Source: the human T2T-CHM13v2.0 reference genome, Homo sapiens. Taken from it: a DNA stretch of 64,000 nt. Location: the NCBI RefSeq assembly GCF_009914755.1, contig NC_060938.1; one strand, 5' to 3'. Below the pieces are notes generated by a model. That model ran no database searches. It was not told where the DNA came from and saw nothing but the letters and a program-made list of their open reading frames with translations. This document shows, piece by piece, positions 12,362 through 26,488 of the stretch. The position numbers were made by a program, and so were the translations under genes. Position 1 is the first letter of the stretch, and each line of letters begins with the position of its first letter.

Positions 12362-14173
12362 GTGTAAAGTCACAGCCCTGAATAAATGTTAAAGAATAGA
12401 TTTTACTCCTAAATTATTTTGTTTATTTTGCCTTGTTACGTGATATTGAGTCAGACATGCAGTTGAGAGTAATGTTTAAGAAATTGAGCAAAATATTTCC
12501 AGTCCCAAGTTAGATGACTAACACAGATTTTAATAGATTTAATGTGTTATTCCAATAGCATATGTCAGGTACGAATATACTGTAACATCTCTCAGGAAAT
12601 ATTTATATAACATAGATATAATTAATTAGTCAATAACCATTTTAATTTTATTTAATACTTATCCTAGTTATGTGGTTTTAGGTTGGCAGTTTAATCTATA
12701 GGAATATATTAAGACTGATAGAGGGAAAGAGAAAGAATATGACCCTTTGATAATGACAACAGAACATATACTATTCTTCTCTTTAATATCATATTTTGTG
12801 AAAAGTTTATGTTTTACACTCAGAATTTTCCTCAAAGTTCAACGATTATTTCTTCAAGGAATTTTCACCTTATCTAGGTTTCAGTATGAATTTAGTTGAT
12901 TCATTATTTGAGAATAGTTAGGGTAGAAAGCAGAGAAAGATACACAGTCAAGTATGAAAGTATTAGAATGTTTGATTTTATAACTCACATAGAGAAATAT
13001 CTACATTTTTACATTGTTTTATTTTGTCCCAGAAAGAATGTCATTGACCTGTTTTGTAATAAGTGTAATAAGGGATAATTAGCTCTTAAGATTTTATATT
13101 TTTATTTGAACATATCTATTCCAGGAAAATGTACAAAACATATTTTAAATATTCAGCTATTTTTATTGCCTTCAATTATTTTCATTTGGAATATCTTTTT
13201 TATTTTAAAGTTTTGGTAGAAGCAGAAACAAAATAACAGAGGACATCTTTAAACAAAGCATAATAAAATAATATTAAATTTTATTTTACTAAAGATGCAA
13301 AGGATTTCCATAATTTAAAAAATAAATTTTAATTTAACTCTGTAATTTATAAGATATTTCTAAAATGTGTCCTGTTTATAATTTCAGTTCTTGTTAGTAT
13401 TTCTGTCATTTGGTAGGCAATAAGAACATTATTTCTAATCATGTAATGAATGAATGATATCAGGGTATTAGCGTAATTTCAGTTAAGAAAATAATACTTA
13501 GAATATTAGTACCTAGAATATTAGTACCTTGAAACTCAATCATACATAATACGAAGAGATGCCTTCTTTATTTCCTTTGGAGGCTTTATTTACTAACTTC
13601 ATCTTTGGTGGTTTCCTTTTAAAATAATTCACCAAAACAGTAAATTTACTTTGTGGAAAGCATAGGCCTCCACTCTATCCTACTGTCTTTTGCTATATAT
13701 CTTACACAAATTCAGTGATGTTCACAGAATAATAGAGAACACCAGCAAATGTACTCCTCTATTTCCTTTAAGTAAAATTTATTTTATCCTTTTTTATGAT
13801 CCCATCATTCATTCCTTTAAACATTATGAATTCTTCATTGCATCCCTGGGTTATGAAAATTGTGGAGTTTTAGAAAATTGGATAACATCTCTTTACAGGT
13901 TATAAGATGGTGAAGAATCTTAAGGATTAAATCAGTGAACTAATTTAGCTCGTGTTCAGATTTGAAATAGTTATTATCTCTTTCAATAGATATGTAGTTG
14001 TTAAGAGTTGAGAATTGCTAAGTCCTCTGGTATATTAAGCATAATTGTAGGTAGACATTGGGCAACTATAAGAACAGAAATGGAGACCCGAAGATGTAAT
14101 CAAGGGAATTTTCTCCTTATTTAGGGAGTATACAGATACTTATATAAGCCAAGGAAGTAAATATAATTAGGAA

Positions 14174-14675
14174 TGCAGTAGGCAGAATATTCACTCCCAC
14201 GATTTCCGCCACCTGGTGTTATTCACATGAATGTTATTTTACATGGTGAAAGGGATGTTGTAGGTGGAAAAAAAAGATTACTAGTTGGTTGTGCTTAAAA
14301 CGGGGAGGCTATCTTGGATCTTCTGGTGAATCTAGTGTAATCACATGATCACTAAAAAGCAGAGTGGGAGCTGAAGAAGTAGATTTAAAGCATGAGAAAG
14401 ATTTAACACACTGAAGTTGACTTGAAATGAGGTGCCATCTACTAAAGCTTTGGACTCCTTATTCTTACAATTTCTAAAAACTTAATTATCACTGATTTCA
14501 AAAGTGAGCTTTAATGAAGACCCAGAGTTTCAGATAAGAAATAGAGCTGAGGATGATACATAAGAATCCAGTTACGTTGAGCAAGACTTCTCTCATACAT
14601 CAACTGCTTGACAATAAATGGGCATTGTAAGCGGCCAAGTTTTGGTAATTCGATATAGCAGTAGTAGAAAGCAAG
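14174..14675 (+). mobile_element. MLT1E-like MaLR solo LTR
   Basis: tgcagtaggcagaat...ttacatggtgaaagggatgttgtaggtg...caataaatgggcattgtaagc...tatagcagtagtagaaa. Confidence 0.75.
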
Positions 14676-15509
14676 CTTAGTTATATTTGCACCAGAACTG
14701 GAAAGAAATGCAAGCTTTCTTTCTAGCTTTCTGGAAGGAAAATCAGCTTTAAAAAGGACTAGGGACAATTTGGTTCTCTTTGAAAGATTGTGAAAAATAT
14801 GTTTGTTAAATAAAAAGATAAGTCAGGGATGAAGCAATGTTAATAATGCCAATTAGAGTTTCAATATGGAGAATTTAGGAAAAAGAAAATTATGCTTTTC
14901 CAAGCATGATTCTGAGGCAAATGGAAAGCAACTGTATGATATGGAAGATGAACTTTATACTATCAGAGAGAGAAAAGATAAGACGATCTTAGCATTGTAT
15001 TAAATGATATAACCAAATAGGAACTTACCTTTTAAAGGTATAGTTATATGTGGAGATTGTTTTATCTAAACATTATAAACACCAGAAGGCTGTAATTTTC
15101 AATTGAGTCCCTTCACTTCGAGTACTATTGTACAATTCTGGAAGTAATTTTAACCCTAAGTTTATATAAAAATTTCAGCATAAATATTGGAGACTGAACT
15201 ACTTAATTATATGAAATTTAAAATGTGCTCTATTATTAAAACTATTAGCTTAAGGATACATATATCACACATACATACAAACTATATTTACATAGACATA
15301 TACACATTTACATACCTACATTTTTAAATGGTAAAATTCACATGTACACAGAGCTTATAGCCTACTATAAATATTAAACACAGGAGTATATTTTCAGATA
15401 TCATTACTTTTTATTTGAATGTTTAAGCATTATCTTGATATATTAGAAAAAAATAATTTGTTACATTATTCTGGAGGCCTTCTTTTCTTTGAATTTTCTA
15501 CACTGTATT

Positions 15510-15990
15510 TGTCTTGCCATTTGACAAATAAGCTTTGAATACTAACCATTTCCAAATATTGTTTTGGTTGTTAGAGACCCTACATTAAACATGGACATTT
15601 AAGTATAAAGGTGTAAGGAAGATCCCTTCTGAAACTTGTAGTCTATTGGAAGAAAAAAATACTAAAATAATCACACAAATTAATTCATAACTACAATTGT
15701 AAATAATGCTACAAACAAGAGGCATATAAGAAAATGTAATAAGAGGTTTCATCTAGTTAGGAAGTCAAGGTATTCTGTAGAAGTTAATATTAAAAATTAA
15801 ATTTTAAAAATGGAAATAATTTGATGATAATAGGGAGGTAAGAGGATGTCAGGCAGAGGAAGGAGCTTATGTAAAACTACCATATTTGGAAGAAGAACAG
15901 ATACACTGCTATGGAAGAAGGCCACGTTCAGGATAAACTGGGGAACTAATTTGGGGCTAAACTCTGTTAGTGCTTGTAGGTCATGTGGTT
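15510..15990 (-). mobile_element. L2 fragment
   Basis: atttgacaaataagctttgaatactaac..., gaaacttgtagtctattgg and ggcagaggaaggagcttatgtaaa. Confidence 0.5.
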
Positions 15991-16587
15991 TGCTTTTTGA
16001 TTAGATAAAACAAGAATTTAGGGAATTTATTAGAGGAAGCGTGGATAGGTGTGAACATTGTCCATGGAGATCTGCTGTGTATTCCCAGTGTTATAAGGAG
16101 CAAGTACCAGAAAATCTGGTCAGTCTTCTGCTGCACTTGCCTCTTGCCTTGTTATTGAGTGATTTAATGATTCTGTGAAAGCTTTTCAGAGTTTGATGAA
16201 CTACGCTTAGTCACACTGGAGAAAGAGTTTTGCTCAAGTGTCCTTTGATGGAGGAGGCATCACCTCTCTTTCCACATGACAATATTCATATAATTAATAC
16301 ATATTTATTTATATAAAAGTATCAGCTATCTTTGTTAAAAATACCTGAATGCAACTAGATACATTTCATCAAATTTTGTGATTTATGTTTGACAGGATCT
16401 GACTTAAAATATACATCATTTGAAGTATATCAACTTCTCTTTTGGTAGTCCTGGGGAGGACCTAAGGAGACAGACAACAATCATCCAGAGTAGCTGCTGA
16501 TATTCATTACTCATAGAAAATCTTTGTACATGCAAATATCGACAAAGTAAGCAAAGATGTTACCAACAGCAATAATTTATTTATACA

Positions 16588-16840
16588 TATTGATAATTTT
16601 ATGTGTCAACTTGGCCAGATCTCCATTCTATTAGCCTGTCCTACAGATTTCATATTTGTCAGACCCCATGGGCTCTTCCTTAAAATCATTTAGATAAATA
16701 TCTGTATGTAGATAGACATATAGGTATATTTATGCATCTATGTAGCAGTCAATATATGTATCTATACAATTATGTATGTATGTATGTATTTACCTACCTA
16801 CCTATCTGTCCTGTTGGTTCTGTTTCTCTGGAGAACCCCA
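16588..16840 (+). mobile_element. MLT2 (MLT2B/D-like) LTR with a large internal deletion
   Basis: The 5' end (aattttatgtgtcaacttggc) is joined to the 3' part (cctgtcctacagattt...cctgttggttctgtttctctggagaaccc). Confidence 0.7.
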
Positions 16841-18075
16841 AGATCTATGAAGTTCATGGTCTTCCCCCCTGATCATTTGCCTGAACTACATGGGAAGGAA
16901 GATGAGTGTGTATTTGTGTTTGTGTGTGTGTGTGTGTGCAAGTATGTTTGTCTGTATGTACAATGTGTGCATTACACTAGTGAAAACAAAAAATATTAAT
17001 ATTATTTGATGCTTAATAAAGGAATAATTTTTTTGTTATTCTTTACTTCAAAGCTCTAGTTTCTATGTTAAAAATCTGTCACTGATTATTATTACTATTA
17101 GAAAAATTATATAGAAAATGATTATAATAAATTCATGGCTCAAGGCAGCTTAGCAAACACATCATCGACTCCTTCTCTATTAATTGATCCTTTATTCAGA
17201 TTCTTTTGTATGATAATTTGGGGGTACATTTGTATCACAATATAAAGGAAGTTAAACAAAACAGACTAATGAAATAGAAATGCTACCGTATAAAGAGAAA
17301 AAATAATTAGAAAAGGTAAAAACACTAAATAACAGATTGTATTTGAAAGCATCTGTTAGTCAAAATTCGAGCAGTTGATACACGACAATATATGCTATGC
17401 CATATTAGATTCTAGACACACACACACAACATATAATTCACAATTTTTATTTTAACACCACAGCTATCAGTAAACTTTATTTATAAACCATCCTCATAAT
17501 GATCTTAAGAGAATTTTGGAGAAAAATTAAATATCTTTTTATGTCTTGGGGAAATGTTAGGAAATTTAGGGGCCCTTTCATTGTTGCTGACATTTTGTTC
17601 CCCAACCTATGCTTACATGAGAAATTAACCTGAAAAATTAAACTTCCAACTAAATTAAGCTACTGAATCATATGTATTAAAAAAAAATTCTGTGGCTTAG
17701 TCTAACTATGCTATGAGGAATCTGCAATATATTACCCATCCTTGGTTCCAAGTTCATAGAGTTTGAGTGAACATCCTGTTCAATCTCACCATTACCTTAT
17801 GCGTGTAAGTCATAGGACACTGCATTTCAAGCTTAAGGACTATTATCAAAAAATGCTTCATATGCTCTACTTTTTTTCTATATTATAAGTGTAGATGGGT
17901 TGGTAAAAATATTTCCTGAAATTTGATATATGCTTTTTGAGGACATGTCCTGTATTTCAGTCATCTAATATTTAATCATGAGCTCAGTAAAGTAAGAATA
18001 GGTCATGATATCCAAGCTTTATAACTTGGCATTGATATTAATTATTCATTTACAGAAAGAAAACTAATAGGTTTG

Positions 18076-18431
18076 TGTCTTACCCTGTTTTATGCTGCTA
18101 TAACACAATACCTGAGACTAAGTACTTTATAAATAAATACGTTTTTATTTCTCACAGTCCTGGAGGCTGGTAGTCCAAGATTAATAGACCACCCTTTTCT
18201 CTGGTTGTCAGATGGCTCCTTGTTGATGTATCTTCCAGAGAGGATCAACACTGTGTCCTCACAAGGTGGAAGAGAAGAGAAAGAACCCACTCCAGCAAGC
18301 CCTTTTATTCCAGCATTAATCCAGTCATGAGGGCAGAGCCATCCTTATAATAGACTCCACCTCTGAACAATGTTGCATTGGTGATTAAGTTTCCAGCACA
18401 TGAGATTGGGAAATATATTCAGACTATAGCA
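18076..18431 (-). mobile_element. MSTD/MLT1A-type MaLR solo LTR
   Basis: tgtcttaccctgttttatgctgctataacacaatacctgagact...attcagactatagca. Confidence 0.82.
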
Positions 18432-19726
18432 GTAGGTATACATCAATTGTCCTCTAAATGAGCGAAGACTGAAATTTGATTCTGATCACTTAGTTTTGTC
18501 TGCCTCAAGTATTTCACTCAGAATTGTATAGTCCAAATGACATTCCTCATTTCTCAGTAAATTGAACATTGTACAAAATAAAGTTATGAACTCTGGGAAT
18601 TGAGGTATATAGAATGTATTTTAAATAGTATTTGTTATCACAGATAATGAATTTAAATTAGAATGCTTTAAACCACAAAAGCACTCTTTTCCATTTCCCT
18701 GCAAATATCTGTTGTTTATGGACTCTGACTGCTTTGTAATGTCTTTTAAGGCAGCATTAATATAAAAAATCATTAACCATATTATATGACATTTTGTTAT
18801 CTGAATTTCTCCAAACATTAAAAAATAGATCCCATTCGGTTTTAAATAGTATATTATAGAAGTTATGGTATACTAATTATCCTTACTGCTATTGTCGTAA
18901 AGAAAATAGCTCTAAAAATTAAGTGATAGACATAAACAGTTTGTCTTTTAGTCTTTATGATTCGTATTATTTTTTGTTTTAAAAATGCTTACAGATCAAC
19001 ACACCGATTTTATATCCCTAAGAATTCTTCATCGTGTAGTACAAAGGAAGCCAATCTAGAATCTCAGACATAAATTTAAGTACAACGCGGGATGATTTTA
19101 TCTTAGAATACACTGCTGAATGAGAGTCAATATGTTTATTGAGCTATTTCATGCTGTTTTGGTGAAGTCAGAAGAAATCAGTTGCATCACAGCTGCGATT
19201 CTTGACCTTAAATGTGTAGATGACAGCAAATAGTCTCCAACTAGCTATGCAAGAAATACTTACCTAGTCTCATAAAAGTCTAATCAATATTGAAGGCTTA
19301 ACTAACAGATGTTATAAGACTTTCACGCTATCTGTGCTTAATAGCGTCTCATTTCATATATTTTCAGTTACTTCCCTAAGTGCAGCTAAGTTAATTACAG
19401 TGCTTACATTGAATTCCTTATCTTCTGTTAAGAATAGAGCCTGTTTCAATTTATAATAATGACTATATTGGTTTAAAAAGATAAATAGCTTTATTCAACT
19501 TGTGTTGATGTATGGTAATGTTGATTAATTAACTTTTTTGAAAGGAAGCAAGTGCTTTCAGTGAAACAGTATTAGAGGACGAAAAACATTATAAATATTG
19601 TATAATACTATGAATTTATCTTTCATTTAAAAAATCAAAATATATAAGACTGAAACAAGAGTCACAATCTTGCTGAAATCTAAAATAAATCTTACCATAA
19701 AATTTTATAAGAAAATAAGTATTGTA

Positions 19727-20310
19727 TATAATGATTAATTTTGTGTGTCAACTTGGCTAAACCATAGTGTCCAGATATGTTGTCACACATTAATCTGGCT
19801 GTTTCTGTGAAGATGTTTTTTAGATAAGATTAGTATTTAAACCTGTGGACTCCTAATAAAGCATATTATCCTCCATAATAAGGATGGGCCTAGTCTAATT
19901 GGTGAAGTCCTTAAGAGAGCAAAGCCTGAACTCCCCAAAGCAAGAAGAAATCCTGCCAGCAGAATGCTTTTGGATTCAGACCGTAACTCTTCCCTAGGTC
20001 TCTAGCCTGCTGTTCTACCCTGCAGATTATGGACTTTTATCTGTGCAATCATGGGACCTAATTCCTTACAATCTCTCTCTCTCTATAGAGAGAGATGTGT
20101 GTGTGTGTTTGTATGTATAGAAAGATTATATATATTTACATTTTATTTTTTTTTAAATTGTAAAATAGAGACAGACTATATATATATATGATCTGTTTCT
20201 ATGTATATACATATACATGCATACATACATGCATACATACATACATGCATACATACACATAGATACCCTATTGGTTTTGCGTATTTCTCTGGAAAACCTT
20301 GACTAATACA
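19727..20310 (+). mobile_element. MLT2C/D-like solo LTR with expanded internal simple repeats
   Basis: atgattaattttgtgtgtcaacttggct...ctctggaaaaccttgactaataca. It contains (TC)n, (TG)n and (TACATACATGCA)n at about 20205-20258. Confidence 0.85.
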
Positions 20311-21070
20311 TGCATTTAGGAAATATATATCTCTAAGAAGGAAGCTTGGTTTTACAGTATAAATTCACATAATACATGTTTTAAAAAGCAGGGGTTTGTT
20401 TGTAAAGAAGATGACGTGTGTTTTTATAATGGTCTGATCCACACACAAGACATTGAAAATTTCAAAGATACTGAAAATTGTCTATATACTTGTCAGTCTT
20501 CTCAAGAAAGCTATTAGATTTTTATGGCAAATAATGCCTTTACAAAGATTCTTATGCCTGACTTCTGTAGTCATTTTTTGCCTGTAGTAAGTGCTTAATA
20601 CATATTATTGAATTATTGATTCTAGGCCAACTTTTCTGCTTTCAGTTTCCATTTGGAAAAACAAAAACAAAAAAAATAACAAACTATCTTTGTGTCAGGG
20701 AATCACAAGGTCAGGGCCTCCTGGCATTTTTTTTTGTTTCTCTGTTTTTTCTCAGTCAACACTTAAACATACTTCCAGCAGGATATATTATTTTCCCTAT
20801 CTAATTACTTTTCAAAATATTTTTTAAGGAGGGGGCATTTTTGTCAACATTTATATTACATAAAACTCAAGTTCACATAAAATAAACTAACTCACATGAT
20901 ACTGAGTGAAGCTTGGTTTAAATGTTAGACTTATATCAATGCATGATCCAGAATATAACCCAATTTATCTGCCTTACATTTTACCACTTTATTGTATATG
21001 CCTTACTTTGCTTTTTCTTTCTTCTCCCCTTCACAGTTTAATTTTTGACGTGTTATTTACACTCTCTCTC

Positions 21071-21382
<312 letters not shown>

Positions 21383-21614
21383 TAATTTTTTTATCTTCAC
21401 AACTTGAATTAACTTCAAATCACTCCATTTTGATACACATCTCTTACATACAAAAAGTTGTTCTCTCTGTATTTCCCAATGAGGATCATTTTTAACCATT
21501 AGACGTCTCAATATCATTTAATAAAGTTGGCAATTTATCCTGCCAATGTATAAATCTGCCAGGATACCACAACCTCTATATTTCCTCTCTGGCCAATGAT
21601 TCACAGTCCTGTTT

Positions 21615-22290
21615 TTCTTCTTCTTCTTCTTCTTTTTTTTTTTTTTTTTTTGTTGTTGTTGTTAACTTTTATTTTGTAAGTTTAGGGTTACCAGTTCAGG
21701 TTAGTTACATAGGTAAACTTGTATCATGGGGATTTGATCTACAGATTATTTGATCAACCAGGTATTAAGCCTAGGACCCATTAGTTATTTTTCCTGATCC
21801 TCTCCCTCCTCCCAACCTCCACCCTCCAAAAGGCCCCAGTGTGTGTTGTTCCCCTTTATGTGTCCATGTGGTCTCATCATTTAGCTCCCACTTATAAGTG
21901 AGAGCATGCAGTATTTGGTTTTATGTTCCTTTGTTAGTTTGTGAAGGATAATGGCCTCCAGCTCCATGCATGTCCCTGCAAAGGATATGTTCTCACTTAT
22001 TTTTATGGCTACATAGTATTTCATGGTGTATATGTACCACATTTTATTTGTCCAGTCTGTTACTGATGGACACTGAAGTTGATTCCATGTCTTTGCTATT
22101 GTGAATAGTGTTGCAATGAGCATACACGTGCATGTGTTGTTAAAATAAAATGCTTCTTGTTTCTTTGGGTATATATCCGGTAATGGGATTGCTGGGTTGA
22201 ATGGTATTTCTCTCTTTAGGTATCTGAGGAATTGCGACACTGCCTTCCATAATGACTGAACTAATTTACACTCCCACCAACAGTGTAAAC
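21615..22290 (-). mobile_element. L1PA13-16-type 3' fragment with poly(A)-derived tail
   Basis: Antisense L1PA 3' UTR. ORF 21881..22240 translates to the L1 ORF2 C-terminus (TIAKTWNQ..CPS..DW..KMWYIYTM). Confidence 0.9.
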
Positions 22291-22539
22291 AATAAAGATT
22301 TTTACATCTTTATCCTGAGATACTGGCCTGTTCATTATATGCTCTTATTTTGGTAACTCAACCAGTCTATGACTTCCTTACACAGTCTAATGACTCATTT
22401 TCTTGTCTCCTATAGAAAGCTCTCTGCTGAACTCTGCATTCAATTGTTTGAGCAATATTTTTAATTGGTGTCAGATATGTACTACTTAGAAGGTCCAAAG
22501 TGTAGTAATTTGCTTCAACATTCCAATCATGTTTTTTCT

Positions 22540-23290
22540 TTACAAATTTCTGTGAAGTAAACAACCACTTGGTTGTTCAAGTCAAAAACCTGTGACTTGA
22601 TTCCTCCTTTTCCCATAGCATATTCAAAATCAATCTTAGTAAATCCAACATTGCATTTTGTTTCTACCTTTCATTACTTCTGCCAGCACCCAAGGCTACA
22701 TTCATGCTACAACCTCAAATACTCTCCCTTCAAATATGGTATCCCTTATATGTTTTCTCCATAGTGCTATAAAATTGTTTAATCAAATATAAATCTAGTC
22801 ATGAAATTTCTTATTTAAAAAACATCCATGTCTCCCTGTTTTTACAATGCAATACTTACAAAATGTCTAACATGGCACTATAATTGGACTCTTCTCTTAA
22901 ATCATCTAATTCATCATCATATTTATGTGCTAGCTATGCTGGTCTTTCTTTTTCTCTTTTATTTATCTCTTACTTCTTTTTTACTTTAGAGTCTTCTGAC
23001 CACATTATTCTTCGCCTACAGTGTACTTAATTTACTCCTTCCCTAGTCTTCATTCTCACCTTCACTGAAAGGTCATTTTTTTATCAAAGTTGTTTTCTAG
23101 ATTAAGTTAGCTCCCTGTGTTACACACACCTATAAGTCTCTTCTTTTTTCTACTTTGTACACTCAGAACACATGTAATTTTTATAATTTTTTTTTCTTAA
23201 GGAAACAGGCAAAGTGATTGTCTTGTTCAAACTCATAACCGAAGCAACTGGCATAAGACCTGATACAGAAGGTATTCAATGTATATTTTG
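22540..23290 (+). mobile_element. L2 (diverged, reaching the 3' end)
   Basis: Pyrimidine-rich L2 body ending actggcataagacctgatacagaaggtattcaatgtatattt. Confidence 0.55.
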
Positions 23291-23440
23291 TAAAAAAAAA
23301 TATACTATTCAGGTAGAAATCATAAGTTTCAGTAAAATCTGTTACCTTTTCCCTTACTTGTGTGTATCATTTTATAAATTACTATAAGATTTATGAGACA
23401 GTCAGAAATCACTGAAATTTATAATTTTATTTTCTTTAAA

Positions 23441-23770
23441 TTTTCTTTTATTTTTAATTGATACATAATAATTGTATATATTGAGTACATAGTGATGTTT
23501 TGATACATAGTGATCAGATCAGAGTAATTAAGATACTCATCATCACAAACATTTATCCTTTGTGTTGGGAACATTCAATCTCCTCCTTCTAGCTATTAAA
23601 ACTATATAATATTGTTAACTATAGTCATCCTACAGTGCCATAGAACACTAGAACTTATTCCTCATATCTGGCTGTAACTTTACATCCTTTAACAAATCTC
23701 TCCCTAGCCCTTCTTCTCCTTACCTTTCACAGCCTCTAGATCCTCTGTTTCACTTTCTATTTCTATGAGA
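23441..23770 (-). mobile_element. L1MA5-like 3' fragment
   Basis: ttaattgatacataataattgtatat...tgttaactatagtcatcctacagtgccatagaacactagaacttattcc. Confidence 0.8.
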
Positions 23771-23831
23771 ATATTGTTAAAATCTATTTCAACTTACGCA
23801 CTACCAGAGGTTACCTCCCTGTGCTGCTCTA

Positions 23832-24167
23832 ATTTTTTTTTCTTTTTTTCTTTTCTCTTTTTTTTTTTTTTTTTTTTGAGACGAAGTTTTGCTCTTGTTG
23901 CCCAGGCTAGAGTGCAATGGCACCATCTCAGCTCTGCAGAGGGAGGCAACCTCTGCCTCCCAGGTTCAAGCGATTCTACTGCATCAGCCTCCCATGTAGC
24001 TGGGATTACAGGCATGTGCCAACCACGCCTGGCTAATTATGTATTTTTAGTAGAGACGGGGTTTCTCCATGTTGGTCAGGCTGGTCTCAAACTCCTGACC
24101 TCAGGTGATCCACCCGCCTCAGCCTCCCAAAGTGCTGGGATTACAGGTGTGAGCCACTGCGCCCAGC
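23832..24167 (-). mobile_element. AluSp
   Basis: Full Alu with Sp diagnostics (gctcttgttgcccagg, tttctccatgttggtcagg) and a long poly(T). Small internal insertion at about 23935-23945. Confidence 0.92.
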
Positions 24168-25531
24168 TCTGATTTCTATTCCAGAGTTTTTCACACATAA
24201 TTACTATAGCAATCAAAAGTCTTAAAGTACTTCACTTTTTGGGAGTATAATAATTATAAGTTAAACATGACTTATGGCTTAGTAAATCTTATTTTTAATC
24301 ATCTATGTAATGATTCATTGATCTTTCTCCCAAAGAAGAGAATCCTTTACCATGAGAAGGTAAACCTCGCCTTATATGCCACTGAATCCCTAGCACTTTG
24401 AATGGTGATTACCTAGTAGGTTGTGAGCTCTCAATAATCATCTATTGTCAATTAATTTTTAATGTTAAGAACATTTACTGAAATAATAGGTATTACACGT
24501 AAACAGGTTTCCTTAGATAAAACAATCCAATTCACCTTTAGAAGAAGTTATTTAAAACTTACTTAAATCTTGTTATTATGTTCCACTGGATCAAAACCAA
24601 ATTAACCATTATTTCAGTCTCATTAGCTTGATTATATAATGGAAATTGAGAAGACGAGCTATTGAAAAACATCTAACCTGTAAGTCATAATTAACTAAAT
24701 TAAATACATTCTTAAAGCAATAAATGCAATCTGCTTGCTTTTTCTAAGGGCTAAACTGTTTGAGTTTAAGCCAATTTCAAAGAGAAAAATAATGTGATTC
24801 TGAAAAATTACAGACTATGAATTAGGCGGTTTACATTCCAGTGCTTATGCAAAAGAATATATAAAATCATATGAATATATTAACATTTAACTCTATGTAT
24901 TCTGTTTTCTTTTGAAATTTTTAAAATTTTACCAGTACCAAGCCTCAGTAATGTAGACCAACACAGTATATCTTAATGTTTTCAAAATGTATTTTGACTA
25001 AGCTATTCACACATACGTTTTTTATGTTTATCACTTTCCAATACTAAATTTTGTTTTAGAAAAGTAATGCAAGGAAACCATACATGGTAGACATCTGTTA
25101 CATTTAAATATTAAATCTGTGGATGTAGGAGCAACATTTGGCCCTGAAATAGTTTAAAATAAAAAAGCACTTGAACTAAATTCAAAACTCAATATTCATT
25201 CAGAGTTTACAGTTTAGTATAGGAGAAAGAGAGAAAATAGACAAAATAAATAATATATACATATATATTAGATAATAAGTGTTATGGGGAATATAAAGCA
25301 ATAAAATGTATGAATACAATTTAAAATCGTGGCTAGGTTATCTTGCCAAGAAAATATTGTTCACATGTAAACCTCAGTTCTCTGACAGTGAGTTTTGCAG
25401 GTGGCAGAGGTCAGAGTGACCCATGTAGAAGAAAATTCAAGAGCAGAGGCCATGAGTTTAATTGACTGGGGTATTTAAACAATAGAAAAATCAAAGTAGT
25501 GGAAGTCATCTGTTAAAAAAAAATGTGAAAC

Positions 25532-25915
25532 TATGGTTCATATACACCATGGAAGGCTATGCAGCCATAAAAAAGAACAAGATCATGTCCTTTGCAGGAA
25601 CATGGATGGAGTTGGAGGCCATTATGCTTAGCAAACCAATACAGGAGCAGAAAACTAAATACCACATGTTCTCACTTATAAGTGGGAGGTAAATGATGAA
25701 AACGCATGGACACATAGAGGGGAACAGCAAACACTAGGGCCTTTCAAAGGGTGGAGGTTGGGGGAGGGAGAGGATCAGAAAAAACAACTAATGAGTCCTA
25801 GGCTTAATCTCTGGTTGATGAAATAATCTGTACAACAAACCCCCAATACAAGTTTACATATGCAACAAACTTGCACTTGTACCCTTGAACTTAAAATAAA
25901 AATTAAAAAAAATAA
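25532..25915 (+). mobile_element. L1PA13-16-type 3' fragment
   Basis: catatacaccatggaa...gagaggatcagaaaaaacaactaatg...cccttgaacttaaaataaaa. Confidence 0.88.
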
Positions 25916-26069
25916 AGTGGGACTGACAAGACATAACTTTTTTAAAAAAAGAAAGAAAAGAAAATCACAATAAGTAGAAATTTGGAAGAAGGGGAGAAAG
26001 GAGGAAGAAAGAGAAAAATAAAACACATAGATTAGTCAGGAACCTGGAAACCCAGACGGCAGATGCAAG

Positions 26070-26488
26070 TGTCATAGTCCGTTGTGTTGCCATAAAGGAA
26101 TACCTGACACTAGATAGTTTATAAAGAAAAGACCCTTCCTCACTAACAGTTCTGCAGGCTGTCCAAGAAGCAGGGCACTACCATCTGCTTCTGACGAGGT
26201 CCTCATGCTACTTCCAATCATGGCAAAATGTGAAGGGGAGCCAGTGACGAGAGATCCCATGGTGAGAAAGGAAGCAAGGGAAAGAAGGTTTTTAACAATC
26301 AGCTATTTTTATCAATCAGCTCTGGAGGGAAATAATAGAGCAAGAACTCACTCACCCACACCTAGGGAGGCCATTAATCTATTCATGACGGAACTGACCC
26401 CATGACCCAAACACCTGGCACTCAAACACCAACATTGTTGATCAAATTTCAACGTGAGTTTTGGGGAACAAAGACCCAAACTATAGCA
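26070..26488 (-). mobile_element. MSTB/MSTB1 MaLR solo LTR
   Basis: tgtcatagtccgttgtgttgccataaaggaatacctga...cccaaactatagca. Confidence 0.85.

Noticed and set aside
13499-13528. 15-bp tandem duplication (tagaatattagtacc)x2; similar short duplications at about 6832-6858 and 45383-45406
   Set aside because: Ordinary slippage duplications with no evidence of function.
16020-16280. Possible processed-pseudogene fragment (minus frame NNKGKRQVQQKTD...)
   Set aside because: The resemblance to a ribosomal-protein motif (GKRQV) is too short, and there is no poly(A) tail or TSD. Kept only as a speculative terminal-exon candidate.
23765-24172. 135-aa ORF, and similar ORFs at 31484, 47292, 47351 and 49168
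   Set aside because: These are Alu-derived translations ([22 protein letters not shown]), a well-known artefact.
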